Source: an uncultured Lentisphaeraceae bacterium (GTDB taxonomy: Bacteria; Verrucomicrobiota; Kiritimatiellia; RFP12; UBA1067). From it: a stretch of DNA of 64,000 nucleotides. Of this stretch, positions 9,542 to 19,135 are shown piece by piece (within the stretch, counting starts at the first letter, position 1; every line of letters starts with the position of its first letter). The translations under genes were made by a program, and so were the position numbers. The notes beneath the pieces are model-generated. The model was not told the origin of the DNA. It was given only the letters and a program-made list of their open reading frames with translations, and did not search any database. The DNA is taken from the NCBI GenBank assembly GCA_964386385.1, contig CAYLRN010000007.1:54374-118373 (forward strand), written 5' to 3'.

Positions 9542-10069
9542 TCAGACCTCAAGGAAACGCCCCGCCTTGCGCGGCGGCGGCGGGGGAAGGGGCGCGACGG
9601 CGTAGCCCAGGGCGAGATGCCCCACGCCGACGTACTTTCCGGGAAGGGAGAGGCGCTTCACGACCTCCGCGACGACGCCGTCCGGATTCTCGCTCTCCTC
9701 CCTGGCGCGGTGGATCCAGCACGAGCCAAGCCCAAGCGAGTGGGCGGCGAGCATCATGTTTCCGAGGACGAGCGAGCCGTCGCAGACCGCGGTGTTCACG
9801 CCGGCCTCGACGAGGACGAGCAGGATCTCCGGCGCGCCGTAGAACGGGTCCATGTCGCGTCCGAGAATCGCGGCGTTCTCCGCGGAGATGCGCGCGCGGA
9901 GGGCGGCGTCCTTCAGGCGGACGACAATGGGGCTTTGCAGCCCGCGCCCGGACGCCGCCCAGACGCCAGCCTCCACCACCTTTGCCACAAGTTCGTCCGC
10001 AATCGGGTCCGGGCGGTAGTTCTTGCAGGAGCGACGCTCCCGCACCAGTTTTATCAGTTCGTCGTACAT
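9542..10069 (-). CDS. nitroreductase-family protein
   Basis: 175 aa with the nitroreductase-fold N-terminus (RRSCKNYRPDPI) and an overall match to NfnB-like proteins. AGGAGG ribosome-binding site before the ATG. Confidence 0.8.
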   Translation of the reverse strand: MYDELIKLVRERRSCKNYRPDPIADELVAKVVEAGVWAASGRGLQSPIVVRLKDAALRARISAENAAILGRDMDPFYGAPEILLVLVEAGVNTAVCDGSLVLGNMMLAAHSLGLGSCWIHRAREESENPDGVVAEVVKRLSLPGKYVGVGHLALGYAVAPLPPPPPRKAGRFLEV

Positions 10070-10087
10070 TCAGCCTCCTGGTAGAAT

Positions 10088-10200
10088 GGTTAAGTGGTTA
10101 AGCGGTTAAGTTCGCTGTGGGGCGGGCGAAGATCAGGCGGTCAAGTCGGTAGGGCGCGACGTCTCGTCGCGCCGCCCTGCCGGAACTTGACCGCTTGATT
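10088..10200. repeat. REP-like cluster: tandem TTAAGTGG/TTAAGCGG repeats plus GGTAGGGCGCGACGTCTCGTCGCGCC-GCCCTGCC
   Basis: Seen directly. Same unit family as at 1391, 35196 and 42195. Confidence 0.6.
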
Positions 10201-10204
10201 CCCG

Positions 10205-12100
10205 TCAGCGCGCGATGACGGCCTTCATGAACCGGGCGCCCTTGGTCGTCACCTTGATGACGGCCTGGTTGTCCTCGTTGAAGGAGAGGTTGGCGGCGTC
10301 ATACGTCTGCGCCGTCCATTCGCCGTCAAGCGTCGTCGCCGTCTTCACCGTGAATCTGCCGTTCACCGTGTCCGCCGCGAGGGCGACGGCCTGTTCGCCA
10401 TCCGCCACCTTCGCCGTTGCCTTGACGGTCACAGTCCAATATTCGCCGTCTTTCCCAATCGCAACTATCTCAAGCGTTGGGATCTCCGTCGGAACGGACG
10501 TCATGCCGAGCAGGTAGGCGGCCGCGCCGCGGTCGCTGTTGACGTCGCCGAACGCCAGCCCGTTCGCCGTCGCCCAGTCTTCGATCTGCGCCAGTTCATC
10601 CTCCGTCGGCGGCACGTCGCCCCAGACGGCCGACATCTCCGGCGTACCCCAGTCGACGGAGTACTTCAGGCTGTACGTCACGAGCGAACCGGCCGTCTCT
10701 TTGACCACCTCGTATCCGTCCGCGCCCGACTCCACCTCGCCGTTGTAGGCGGCGATGGACGTGTCAAGGCAAAGCGTCTCCGTTGCGGACGACAGCGTGA
10801 GCGGAACTGCGTTCGCCGCCATGACGCGGTAGGTCGTGTCGGCGCCGGCTGCGAGCACGGCGTCGTCCGCCACGAACGCCGCATTGCCGTCCTCTACCGT
10901 CGCGAAGTAAAGCCCCGAGGCTTTCGCGCTCACCGCGCCGGTGGAGACCATGTTCGCCGGCGCCGTCCCGCCCGTCACCGCCGTCGAACCCGTGTACACC
11001 CAGCCGACGAACGAGCCGACCTTTGCGCCTGAGACCGCGTTCGCGACGTCTAACGACCCCGTCACCTTGCAGTCGGCGATTTCAGCCGGACAGGACGCAT
11101 AGGCGATGATTCCGCCCACGCCGTCCCGGCCGCCCTTGCCCATCGTGTTGCCGACGACGAGTGCGCCCCTGTGCTCGCAGCGCGTGAAGACCGCCTTGTG
11201 CGAGCCGTTCTGGGAGAGAATCGAGATGCCGCCCACCTTCGTGTAGTCGCCGTAGACCGTGGCGGCGTTCACGCAGTCCGTGACCTTGACGTCCGCCGTA
11301 GCGGGCGTCAGGCGCACGACGACGCCGGCCATGTTGTGGCGGCCGGGCTTGTCGGCGGACGCGAACGTCCCCGACGCCGTGAGGTTCTCCAGCACGGAGC
11401 CGTTGGCCGCGTGGCCGACGATCGCGCCGCCGAACTCGTCCGCCGCGCCGGTGAACGACACGTTCTCGACCGTCAGGTTTTTGATCGTGCCGCCCTCGAC
11501 CTGGTTGAAGATCCCTGCGTAGTTGCGGTCAGTGAACGTGACGTCGGATATCTTGAACCCGCCGCCGTCGTAGACGCCCTTGAACGCCTTGCCCGCGCCG
11601 GGAGTCGCCGCGTACGTGCCAATGCCCTCCCACGCGCTGGACGGCATGCTGATGTCCTTCGTCTGCCGGAAGCATATGCCCTCCGTCGGCACGCCCATCA
11701 CCACGCCATAGCCGATCTTCTTCAGTTCGTTGACGTTCTGGATCTTCCACGGATTCCCCTCCGTGCCCGCTCCGTTGGAGAAGTACCATGTCCAGTCAAG
11801 CGTGTCGAGGGCAAGTTCGCCGCCCGCCACCACTGACGTGGATTTTGAAGAGGACGCGCCGTCCGAGAGCGTTCCGCGAAGGGCAATGTACTCTCCAGCG
11901 GGCAGCTGCATCACCGCCATTCCGTCCGACACCGTGAGGTCGGTGTAGGCATCGGCGTAGCCCACCTTGTACTGGACGGACGACAGCGTCGTCATCCACC
12001 TCAACGTGAATTCCACAAGTTCCTCTGCATATGCGGACGCCGCGCACAACGCCGCGCAAAGCAGCGCGCCCATTCTCTTTCTCATTGCTCTCTGCATCAT
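10205..12100 (-). CDS. secreted repeat protein (GLUG/beta-helix-like surface protein), function unknown
   Basis: Signal peptide (MMQRAMRKRMGALLCAALCAASAYA). Gly-rich repeats such as GGTIKNLTVENVSFTGAADEFGGAIVGHAANG resemble GLUG or beta-helix motifs. Start placed at the second in-frame Met (the ORF extends to 12142). Confidence 0.45.
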   Translation of the reverse strand: MMQRAMRKRMGALLCAALCAASAYAEELVEFTLRWMTTLSSVQYKVGYADAYTDLTVSDGMAVMQLPAGEYIALRGTLSDGASSSKSTSVVAGGELALDTLDWTWYFSNGAGTEGNPWKIQNVNELKKIGYGVVMGVPTEGICFRQTKDISMPSSAWEGIGTYAATPGAGKAFKGVYDGGGFKISDVTFTDRNYAGIFNQVEGGTIKNLTVENVSFTGAADEFGGAIVGHAANGSVLENLTASGTFASADKPGRHNMAGVVVRLTPATADVKVTDCVNAATVYGDYTKVGGISILSQNGSHKAVFTRCEHRGALVVGNTMGKGGRDGVGGIIAYASCPAEIADCKVTGSLDVANAVSGAKVGSFVGWVYTGSTAVTGGTAPANMVSTGAVSAKASGLYFATVEDGNAAFVADDAVLAAGADTTYRVMAANAVPLTLSSATETLCLDTSIAAYNGEVESGADGYEVVKETAGSLVTYSLKYSVDWGTPEMSAVWGDVPPTEDELAQIEDWATANGLAFGDVNSDRGAAAYLLGMTSVPTEIPTLEIVAIGKDGEYWTVTVKATAKVADGEQAVALAADTVNGRFTVKTATTLDGEWTAQTYDAANLSFNEDNQAVIKVTTKGARFMKAVIAR

Positions 12101-12365
12101 GACACTCGCTTTCGTGAAAACCGGCCTCCGCCGCAGACGCAAGGAGGGTCTCTTCGCCTGTCATGCGCCTGCCGCGGACCGATGGAGGGAGATTCTACCC
12201 TTTCCCGCCGGCGGTGGCAAGCGGGATGTTCGAAGTCGCAGCCACGCCCTTCGGAACAGGCGGACGCCACTGCTCCGGGCGCATTCACTTTGCAGGAATC
12301 CCCCTCTCGCATTTTCCTCAAATACCCCCTTGCGCCGGGGGAGGGGTTTTGATAAACTGTGCCGC

Positions 12366-12464
12366 ATGGGACAGCAACTTAGAACACGTGCCAAGAAAGC
12401 CCGTCGGAAAGCGTACAGCAAGCGCGTTCACGAGCGGCTTCTCGCGGCGAAGAAAGCCAAGTGA
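12366..12464 (+). CDS. small Lys/Arg-rich ORF (32 aa, MGQQLRTRAKKARRKAYSKRVHERLLAAKKAK), possibly a ribosome-associated small protein
   Basis: Lys-rich (AAG/AAA codons) in a roughly 68% GC genome, where random ORFs are Arg/Ala-rich. Sits 50 bp upstream of tRNA-Cys. No clear Shine-Dalgarno sequence. Confidence 0.25.
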   Translation: MGQQLRTRAKKARRKAYSKRVHERLLAAKKAK

Positions 12465-12517
12465 TTGGCTAGTCGGCGCTACGGCTTCGGCCGTGGTTGC
12501 GGCGTAACCTTTTTAAA

Positions 12518-12591
12518 GGTGGGATGGCCGAGCGGTTAGGTCGCGGACTGCAAATCCGCTTACAGCGGTTCAACTCCGCTTCCCACCTCCA
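12518..12591 (+). tRNA. tRNA-Cys (anticodon GCA)
   Basis: Acceptor stem GGTGGGA/TCCCACC, anticodon stem-loop GCGGA-CTGCAAA-TCCGC, T-arm AGCGG-TTCAACT-CCGCT, 3' CCA encoded. Confidence 0.85.
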
Positions 12592-12608
12592 TTCTTGAAC
12601 GAGCGAAA

Positions 12609-12638
12609 GCCACGGGCGACCGTGGCCTTTCGTGTTTT
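12609..12638 (+). terminator. rho-independent terminator after tRNA-Cys
   Basis: GCCACGG-GCGA-CCGTGGC hairpin followed by CTTTCGTGTTTT. Confidence 0.55.
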
Positions 12639-12686
12639 CAAGGGGGGCGTGGAGACGGAGTGGGGGTTGGCGAAGTTTTTTGCTCC

Positions 12687-12715
12687 TGCGGAGGCCGGGC
12701 CGGTTTTGGTATAAT
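12687..12715 (+). promoter_or_regulatory. sigma-70-type extended -10 promoter (TGgTATAAT) for pbuX-xpt
   Basis: TATAAT at 12710-12715 preceded by TGG; weak -35 element. The leader to the ATG at 12768 is about 50 nt, too short for a purine riboswitch. Confidence 0.4.
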
Positions 12716-12767
12716 CTACGGCATTCCAGTCTATCGACTGGCTGGCTATCACTGAAAGGCGCGCGAA

Positions 12768-14186
12768 ATGACATCTGAAGGACACGGCGAAGAAACGACC
12801 GGAAAAGACTTGGCGGCGAAAGGCACGGGGCTCGTCTATGGAATCGAGGACAGGCCGCCGTTCATGGCCGCGCTTCTCGCGGCTCTTCAGCACCTTCTCG
12901 CCATCTTCGTCGCGATCATCACGCCGCCGCTCCTCATTGCGGGCGGACTTCATATAGAAGACGCGAAGATAAAGGGCTTCCTCGTCTCGATGGCGCTTTT
13001 CGCTTCCGGCGTATGCACGTTCATCCAGTGCCGCCGCTTCGGCCCCGTCGGCTCGCAGCTTCTCTGCGTGCAGGGGACGAGTTTCCAGTTCATCGGGCCG
13101 CTGATCGGCGTAGGCATGGTGGCGCAGACAGCCGCAGTCGCGGCGGGCGACACGGCGGCGTCCGTCACCTACGGGCTTCCTCTCGTCTTCGGCTGCTGCA
13201 TCTGCGCGGCGCCGGCCGAGATGATGGCCGCGTTCCTCTTCAGGCGACTGCGCAAGGTCATCACGCCGCTCGTCTCCGGCGTCGTCGTCGCGCTTATCGG
13301 CCTCGGCCTCATCAAGGTCGGCGTGATCGCCTGCGGCGGCGGGTTCGGATCGATGGCGCCGGACGCGAAGTTCCCGTTCGCGGGATGGCAGAACCTCACC
13401 GTATCCGGCGCCGTGCTTCTCACGATCGTCGCGTTCAACTGCTCGTCGAACCGCTTCCTGCGCATGGGCTCCGTGATCTTCGGCATCGTCGTAGGCTACC
13501 TGATCGCGTTCTTCGGCTTCCACATGGTGACGTTCGAGACGGGATCGCTCCTCTCGTTCAACGTCCCGGTGCCGTTCAAGTGGGGCGTGGCGTTCGACCC
13601 CGCGTCCATCTTCGGCCTGGCGGTCGTCTATCTCGTCACGTCCATCGAGGCGTCGGGCGACATAACGGCGAACTCGATGATTTCCGGACTCTCGATCACG
13701 GACGAAAGCTACCACAGGCGCATCCGCGGCGGCGTCCTCGCGGACGGCGTCAACTCGGCGGTGGCGGGCGTCTTCAACTCCTTCCCGAACTCGATCTTCG
13801 CGCAGAACAACGGCCTCATCCAGCTCACCGGCGTCGCCTCGCGGTACGTCGGCTACTTCATCGCGGCAATGCTCGTCCTGCTCGGTCTCTTCCCGATTGT
13901 CGGAATGCTCTTCTCGACAATGCCCGACCCCGTGCTTGGCGGCGCGACGCTCCTCATGTTCGGCATGGTGGCGGCGGCGGGCGTCCGCATCATCGCGACT
14001 CAGCGGATCGGACGCAAGGAGACGCTTGTCCTCGCGATGGCGTTCGGCGCCGGGCTTGGCGTGGAGCTGTGTCCCGACATCCTCAAGCACGCGCCCGCGG
14101 CGGTGAAGGGCATCTTCTCGTCAGGTCTTGTCACGGGCGGCCTCGTGGCGATCGTCGCGAACGCAGTTATCCGCATAAAGGAGTGA
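12768..14186 (+). CDS. pbuX: xanthine/uracil permease (NCS2 family)
   Basis: 472 aa with about 12 TM helices and NCS2-like composition. Immediately upstream of xpt, giving the classic pbuX-xpt pairing. Confidence 0.85.
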   Translation: MTSEGHGEETTGKDLAAKGTGLVYGIEDRPPFMAALLAALQHLLAIFVAIITPPLLIAGGLHIEDAKIKGFLVSMALFASGVCTFIQCRRFGPVGSQLLCVQGTSFQFIGPLIGVGMVAQTAAVAAGDTAASVTYGLPLVFGCCICAAPAEMMAAFLFRRLRKVITPLVSGVVVALIGLGLIKVGVIACGGGFGSMAPDAKFPFAGWQNLTVSGAVLLTIVAFNCSSNRFLRMGSVIFGIVVGYLIAFFGFHMVTFETGSLLSFNVPVPFKWGVAFDPASIFGLAVVYLVTSIEASGDITANSMISGLSITDESYHRRIRGGVLADGVNSAVAGVFNSFPNSIFAQNNGLIQLTGVASRYVGYFIAAMLVLLGLFPIVGMLFSTMPDPVLGGATLLMFGMVAAAGVRIIATQRIGRKETLVLAMAFGAGLGVELCPDILKHAPAAVKGIFSSGLVTGGLVAIVANAVIRIKE

Positions 14187-14193
14187 GAACGCC

Positions 14194-14766
14194 ATGGAAC
14201 TTCTCAAGCAGCGCATCCTCAAGGACGGCAAGTCGCTTCCGGGCGGCATCCTCAAGGTGGACAGTTTCATCAACCACCAGATGGACTCGACGCTCATGTA
14301 CCAATGCGCCGAGGAGTTCGTGCGGCTATTCGCCGGACGGAAGTTCACCAAGATTCTGACGGTCGAGGCGAGCGGCATAGCCCCGGCGGTCCTCGCGGGC
14401 TACCTCGCGAAGACTCCCGTCGTCTTCGCGAAGAAGGCGACTCCGAAGACGATGGACAGGCACTACGTCACGAAAGTGCACTCGTTCACGAAGGCCCGCG
14501 ACTACGACATCCTCGTCTCGAAGGAATACCTGAGCGCCGAAGACCGGATACTCTTCATCGACGACTTCCTCGCGTGCGGCAATGCGGCTCTCGGCATGGC
14601 CGACCTCTGCGCACAGGCGGGCGCGACGCTCGTCGGCATGGGCTTCCTCGTAGAGAAGGCGTTCCAGGGCGGACGCGGCAAGATCGCGGAGAGCCTTCCC
14701 GGCGTCCCCGTCGAATCGCTCGCGATTGTCACCGCGCTCGGGGACGGGACGATCGAACTTGCGTGA
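14194..14766 (+). CDS. xpt: xanthine phosphoribosyltransferase
   Basis: 190 aa, near-collinear with B. subtilis Xpt (…[12 protein letters not shown]…[11 protein letters not shown]…[11 protein letters not shown]…). Confidence 0.9.
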   Translation: MELLKQRILKDGKSLPGGILKVDSFINHQMDSTLMYQCAEEFVRLFAGRKFTKILTVEASGIAPAVLAGYLAKTPVVFAKKATPKTMDRHYVTKVHSFTKARDYDILVSKEYLSAEDRILFIDDFLACGNAALGMADLCAQAGATLVGMGFLVEKAFQGGRGKIAESLPGVPVESLAIVTALGDGTIELA

Positions 14767-14873
14767 GAGAAGGGAACGAATGGCGCCGCATTCGGCGGCA
14801 CGTCCGTTTCGTCTTTTTGATACAATACGCCTCGGCCAACGCATTGGCGTACTTCAAGCAAAGTGGAGACAAA

Positions 14874-16019
14874 ATGAATCGCATAATCTTGAACGAGACA
14901 TCGTATCACGGCGCCGGAGCCGTAGCGGAAATCGTCGGCGAACTCGCCCGGCGCGGACTTAAGAGGCCAATCGTCTTCTCCGACCCCGACCTGGTGAAGT
15001 TCGGCGTCACGAAGAAGGTGACGGACGTCCTCGACGGCGCGAACGTCCCGCACGTCCTCTACAGCGACATCAAGCCGAACCCGACGATCGAGAACGTCAG
15101 GAACGGCGTCAAGGCGTTCAAGAAGGCGAAGGCCGACTGCATCGTCGCCATCGGCGGCGGCTCGTCCATGGACACCGCCAAGGCCGTCGGCATAATCGCC
15201 GCGAACCCGGAGTTCGCCGACGTCCGCTCCCTTGAGGGCGTCGCCCCCACGAAGAAGCCCGCAAAGCCCATTCTCGCCGTGCCGACTACTGCCGGCACCG
15301 CCGCCGAGGTCACGATCAACTACGTGATCACCGACGTCGAGAAGCACCGCAAGTTCGTGTGCGTCGACCCGCACGACATTCCCGTCGTCGCGTTCGTCGA
15401 CCCGGACATGATGTCCACGATGCCCAAGGGCCTCACCGCGTTCACCGGCATGGACGCGCTGACCCACGCGATCGAGGGCCTCATCACGAAGGGCGCCTGC
15501 GAGCTCACCGACATGTTCCATCTCAAGGCGATCGAGATCATCTCCCGCTCCCTGCGCGACGCGGTGGCCAACAAGCCGTCCGGGCGCGAGGGCATGGCGC
15601 TGGGGCAGTACATCGCCGGCATGGGCTTCTCCAACGTCGGCCTCGGCATCGACCATTCGATGGCGCACGGCCTCTCCGCCCTCTACGACGTCCCGCACGG
15701 CAAGGCCTGCGCGATTCTCCTGCCGACTGCGATGAAGTACAACGCCTCGAAGACCGGCACGAAGTACCGCGAGATCGCCCGTGCGATGGGCGTGAAGGGC
15801 GTTGACGGGATGAAGCCCGCCGAATACCGCCAGGCCGCGATTGCCGCCGTCGAGAAGCTCTCGGCCGACGTCGGAATCCCGGCGGACCTCAAGGGAATCC
15901 TGAAGGAGGAGGACGTCCAGTTCCTGGCCGAGTCCGCCTACGCCGACGCCTGCCGCCCCGGCAACCCCCGCGAGACGTCCGTGAAGGACATCGCCAGGCT
16001 CTACAAGTCGCTCATGTAG
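14874..16019 (+). CDS. iron-containing alcohol dehydrogenase (lactaldehyde reductase/FucO-like)
   Basis: Fe-ADH signatures are present (GGGSSMDTAKA, the two His pairs such as …HSMAHGL…). The ORF track merges it with an upstream frame, but MNRIIL at 14874 has an AAGTGGAGAC ribosome-binding site. Confidence 0.8.
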   Translation: MNRIILNETSYHGAGAVAEIVGELARRGLKRPIVFSDPDLVKFGVTKKVTDVLDGANVPHVLYSDIKPNPTIENVRNGVKAFKKAKADCIVAIGGGSSMDTAKAVGIIAANPEFADVRSLEGVAPTKKPAKPILAVPTTAGTAAEVTINYVITDVEKHRKFVCVDPHDIPVVAFVDPDMMSTMPKGLTAFTGMDALTHAIEGLITKGACELTDMFHLKAIEIISRSLRDAVANKPSGREGMALGQYIAGMGFSNVGLGIDHSMAHGLSALYDVPHGKACAILLPTAMKYNASKTGTKYREIARAMGVKGVDGMKPAEYRQAAIAAVEKLSADVGIPADLKGILKEEDVQFLAESAYADACRPGNPRETSVKDIARLYKSLM

Positions 16020-16109
16020 GGCTTGCGGCATTCCCCGCAATGCAAGGCCGTCGCCGCGGCGCTTTTTCTGCGGCGGCGGCGTCTGCGGGAAACGCGAAGA
16101 GAGGAATCA

Positions 16110-17804
16110 GTGCGCGTTGAGGAACTTGAAAATCTGCTGGCGGAACTGATAGACGGCTGGGAGAACGAGGTCGTCGAGTTCAAGATCGGCAACAGGAACA
16201 CTTCGTCCGACGAGGTGGGAAGGTATTTTTCGGCGCTTTCGAACGAGGCCAATCTGCGGGGGATGGAGCGGGCGTGGCTTGTGTTTGGCGTGGACAACAA
16301 GACGAAGTCCGCGCCTGGCTGCGAGTATCCCTGCGACGCCGCTTCGCTGAACAAGTCCGGAGGCCTCAAGCAGCAGATTGTCCAAGGTACAAATCTTGGA
16401 CTGGGCTTTACCGAGGTGCATCTGATTCCAAGGGGAAGCGCAAACGTGATTCTCTTTGAAATACCGCCGGCTCCGCAATCCATGCCCATTGCGTGGAAAG
16501 GACATTTCTACGCAAGGGCGGGTGAAAGCCTGACCGCGCTTGACGTAGGAAGGCTTGATGTCATGCGAAGTCAAGGTGCGGCGCTTGATTGGACGGCTGG
16601 GACGCTGGAAAATGCGACCATGGAGATGCTTGACGAGGAGGCTCTTGCGCTGGCGCGCAGGCAGTTCGCCGAAAAGCACGCCAACGTGGATTCCGGTGAA
16701 GTCAACGAATGGCCTGCGGGGGTCTTTCTGGACAGGCTTAGGCTGATGCGCGGCGGAAAGCTGACACGCGCGGCTCTATTGCTCCTGGGCAGGGCGGAGG
16801 CGGCAGCGGAACTCCTTTCGCCGTATCTGCCGCAAATCGTATGGAAACTGGTCGGGGAGGAAACTGCCAACGACATATTCCATCCGCCGTTTCTGCTGGC
16901 GACAACCCGGCTCTATTCGCGGATTCGCAACGTGCAGGTCCGAGTGCTCCCGGAGAACCGCCTGTTTGCGACCGAAGTCCCAAAGTACAGCCAGAAAAGC
17001 GTATTGGAGGCCTTGAACAACTGCATTGCGCATCAGGACTACTCAAGGGGCGAAAGGATTGTCGTAACGGAATACGTGGACCGTCTTGTGTTTTTGAACG
17101 GCGGAAGGTTCTTCGAGGGGCGGCCGGACGACTATGTCGCCGGAGACCGCACTCCGCGACGCTACAGGAATCCTCTGCTTTCTTCGGCCATGCGCGAACT
17201 CAACATGATTGACACGATGGGCTATGGCATCCATGCCATCTACGTCGGGGAGGCAAGAAGGTATTTTCCGTTGCCCGACTACGAGACAGATGAGACGTCC
17301 GTCAAGATGACAATGTACGGTCATGTCGTCGACGTCGCCTATTCAACGCTTCTCATTGAAAGAGGCGGCGAATTGCGCCTGGACGACGTTCTGCTGCTTG
17401 ACCGAGTGCAGAAAGGACTGCAAATTTCCAAGGACGCGATGCGCCATCTGCGAATGGAAGGCCTGATCGAGGGACGGGCGCCGCATCTTCGCGTTTCGGC
17501 AAAGGTGGCGGCATTGACCGGACGCAAAACGGAATACATGAAGAAAAGAGAGCGGGCAAGCGAGCATTACCACGGTCTGATTCTTGAGTTCATCGGCAAA
17601 TGGCCAAGGTCGTCCCGCGCCGAAATCAATGAGTATCTGATGGATGAAATCGTCGGGGAATTTTCCAAAGAGGAAAAAATGTCCAAAATAACAAACTGGC
17701 TCTCGTATCTGCGAAAGAGTGGACGAATCAGAAATGTCGGGACTGATGCGAATTCCCGGTGGATTCTTGTGGATTCCAATGAGGCTTCAATGTGCCTCCA
17801 ATGA
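16110..17804 (+). CDS. AlbA_2 (Schlafen-like) DNA-binding domain plus HATPase_c_4 ATP-binding protein ('putative transcriptional regulator / RecG-like')
   Basis: N-terminal E-x-x-E-L…VEFK motif and overall architecture of AlbA_2/HATPase_c_4 family proteins. Noticeably lower GC (about 55%) than its flanks. GTG start at 16110 has a GAGAGGAA ribosome-binding site (the ORF extends to 16023, overlapping the upstream gene). Confidence 0.65.
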   Translation: MRVEELENLLAELIDGWENEVVEFKIGNRNTSSDEVGRYFSALSNEANLRGMERAWLVFGVDNKTKSAPGCEYPCDAASLNKSGGLKQQIVQGTNLGLGFTEVHLIPRGSANVILFEIPPAPQSMPIAWKGHFYARAGESLTALDVGRLDVMRSQGAALDWTAGTLENATMEMLDEEALALARRQFAEKHANVDSGEVNEWPAGVFLDRLRLMRGGKLTRAALLLLGRAEAAAELLSPYLPQIVWKLVGEETANDIFHPPFLLATTRLYSRIRNVQVRVLPENRLFATEVPKYSQKSVLEALNNCIAHQDYSRGERIVVTEYVDRLVFLNGGRFFEGRPDDYVAGDRTPRRYRNPLLSSAMRELNMIDTMGYGIHAIYVGEARRYFPLPDYETDETSVKMTMYGHVVDVAYSTLLIERGGELRLDDVLLLDRVQKGLQISKDAMRHLRMEGLIEGRAPHLRVSAKVAALTGRKTEYMKKRERASEHYHGLILEFIGKWPRSSRAEINEYLMDEIVGEFSKEEKMSKITNWLSYLRKSGRIRNVGTDANSRWILVDSNEASMCLQ

Positions 17805-17875
17805 GCCTCTGTCTTTAAATAAGCGAAAATGAGCGAATTGACCAGAATGTCGCTCTTGTGGCGAGGATTTGAAAC

Positions 17876-18424
17876 ATGAATTCCAATGAGATTCCAATGA
17901 GCGGCCCTGATGGTGGCACGACGTCCGTTCCCACCGCTTCGGTCGTGGTGAGGCGGGCGGCGGCGGGGGACGTCCCCGCCATCGGACGCCTTCTCCTCCA
18001 GGTCTGCGCGGTCCATGCCGCCGGCCGGCCGGACCTCTTCCGCGCCGGCGGGCGCAAGTACTCCGACGCGGAGCTTGAAGGAATCCTGGCCGACGACGCC
18101 ACGCCGGTCTTCGTCGCCTGCGGCGCGGACGGCGAGGTCTGCGGCCACGCATTCTGCGTCGTGGAGGAGCGCGCGGGCGGCGGCGCGATGCGCCCGTGCC
18201 GGACGCTGTACGTGGACGATATATGCGTGGACGAGGGCGCGCGCGGCCGCGGCGTCGGGACGGCGCTCTACAACCACGTCGTCGCGTGGGCGGCCGGACG
18301 CGGCTTCTACAACGTCACCCTCAACGTCTGGTCGTGCAACCCCGGCGCCCTTCGCTTCTACGAGGCGATGGGCATGAAGCCGTACAAGGTCGGCATGGAG
18401 CGCGTGCTTCGTCCGTCAACGTGA
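17876..18424 (+). CDS. GNAT-family N-acetyltransferase
   Basis: Acetyl-CoA-binding motif (…VDEGARGRGVGTALYNHV…) and a length of about 180 aa. Confidence 0.75.
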   Translation: MNSNEIPMSGPDGGTTSVPTASVVVRRAAAGDVPAIGRLLLQVCAVHAAGRPDLFRAGGRKYSDAELEGILADDATPVFVACGADGEVCGHAFCVVEERAGGGAMRPCRTLYVDDICVDEGARGRGVGTALYNHVVAWAAGRGFYNVTLNVWSCNPGALRFYEAMGMKPYKVGMERVLRPST

Positions 18425-18436
18425 AAGGAGCGGCCG

Positions 18437-18913
18437 ATGTCCGTTTCCATTGCGGAAAAGCTCGTGGAGCTGATGAAGGCGCGCGGCGTCACGTGCGCCG
18501 TTGCGGAATCGTGCACCGGCGGCGGGGTGGGGCGGGCGCTGACGGCCGTCCCGGGCGCGAGCGAGGTCTTCCTCGGCGGCGTAGTGAGCTACGCGAACTC
18601 CGTGAAGGAGGATGTGCTTGGGGTGCCGCCGGACGTGCTGAAGACGGTCGGCGCGGTGAGCGCGGAGTGCGCGGAGGCGATGGCCGCCGGCGCGCGCCGT
18701 CTGCTGAAGGCCGACGTCGCCGTGTCCGTGACGGGGATCGCAGGGCCGGGCGGCGGCAGCGCGGAAAAGCCGGTGGGGCTTGTGTGGTTCGGAATCGCAA
18801 CCGTTCGGGGCGTCCGCTCGGAGAGGGCGATATTCTGCGGCGACCGCGAGGCGGTCCGCGCGAAGGCCGTCGTCCACGCGCTCGGAATGCTCACCGCCGC
18901 GGCGGGGGGCTGA
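18437..18913 (+). CDS. CinA C-terminal-domain protein (NMN deamidase PncC-like)
   Basis: 158 aa matching the CinA_C domain (…CAVAESCTGGGVG…VSVTGIAGPGGG…). Confidence 0.85.
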   Translation: MSVSIAEKLVELMKARGVTCAVAESCTGGGVGRALTAVPGASEVFLGGVVSYANSVKEDVLGVPPDVLKTVGAVSAECAEAMAAGARRLLKADVAVSVTGIAGPGGGSAEKPVGLVWFGIATVRGVRSERAIFCGDREAVRAKAVVHALGMLTAAAGG

Positions 18914-19068
18914 ATGGCCTGCGTGGCGGGGCGGGACGCCCCGCCCTGCCGGATTTGCATGTGAACGGCGGAGGTGAAGCGACGGACGGGAGTCGGCAGG
19001 GGGCGGCGTTCCCGTCGCGCCGAACGGCGGCCTGGCGGCGGGTTTTGCATTGCGCGACGGCCTCATCG

Positions 19069-19097
19069 CGCCCATTTGGCGGATATTTTGATATAAT
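19069..19097 (+). promoter_or_regulatory. extended -10 promoter (TGaTATAAT) upstream of glpT
   Basis: TATAAT at 19092-19097 preceded by TGA. 38 nt upstream of the glpT ATG. Confidence 0.35.
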
Positions 19098-19135
19098 CAG
19101 ACGCATTGGAATCTCACCACGAAGAAGGAACGGAC

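Noticed and set aside
11967-12464. 165-aa ORF on + strand overlapping the start of the minus-strand secreted protein gene
   Set aside because: Only the last 32 codons (the Lys-rich part) have a distinctive composition. The rest overlaps the signal-peptide region of the opposite gene and looks spurious.
12592-12767. Possible purine (guanine/xanthine) riboswitch in the pbuX-xpt leader
   Set aside because: The leader after the TATAAT box is only about 50 nt and lacks the conserved purine-aptamer junction sequences (U-rich J1/2, …UAUA…CCGUAAAU…). It holds only a tRNA terminator and a promoter.
16023-16109. Upstream extension of the AlbA_2 gene to the first ATG
   Set aside because: It overlaps the stop of the Fe-ADH gene and encodes an Arg-rich peptide (…FLRRRRLRETRREES). 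The GTG at 16110 has a proper ribosome-binding site and starts at the conserved E-x-x-E-L motif.
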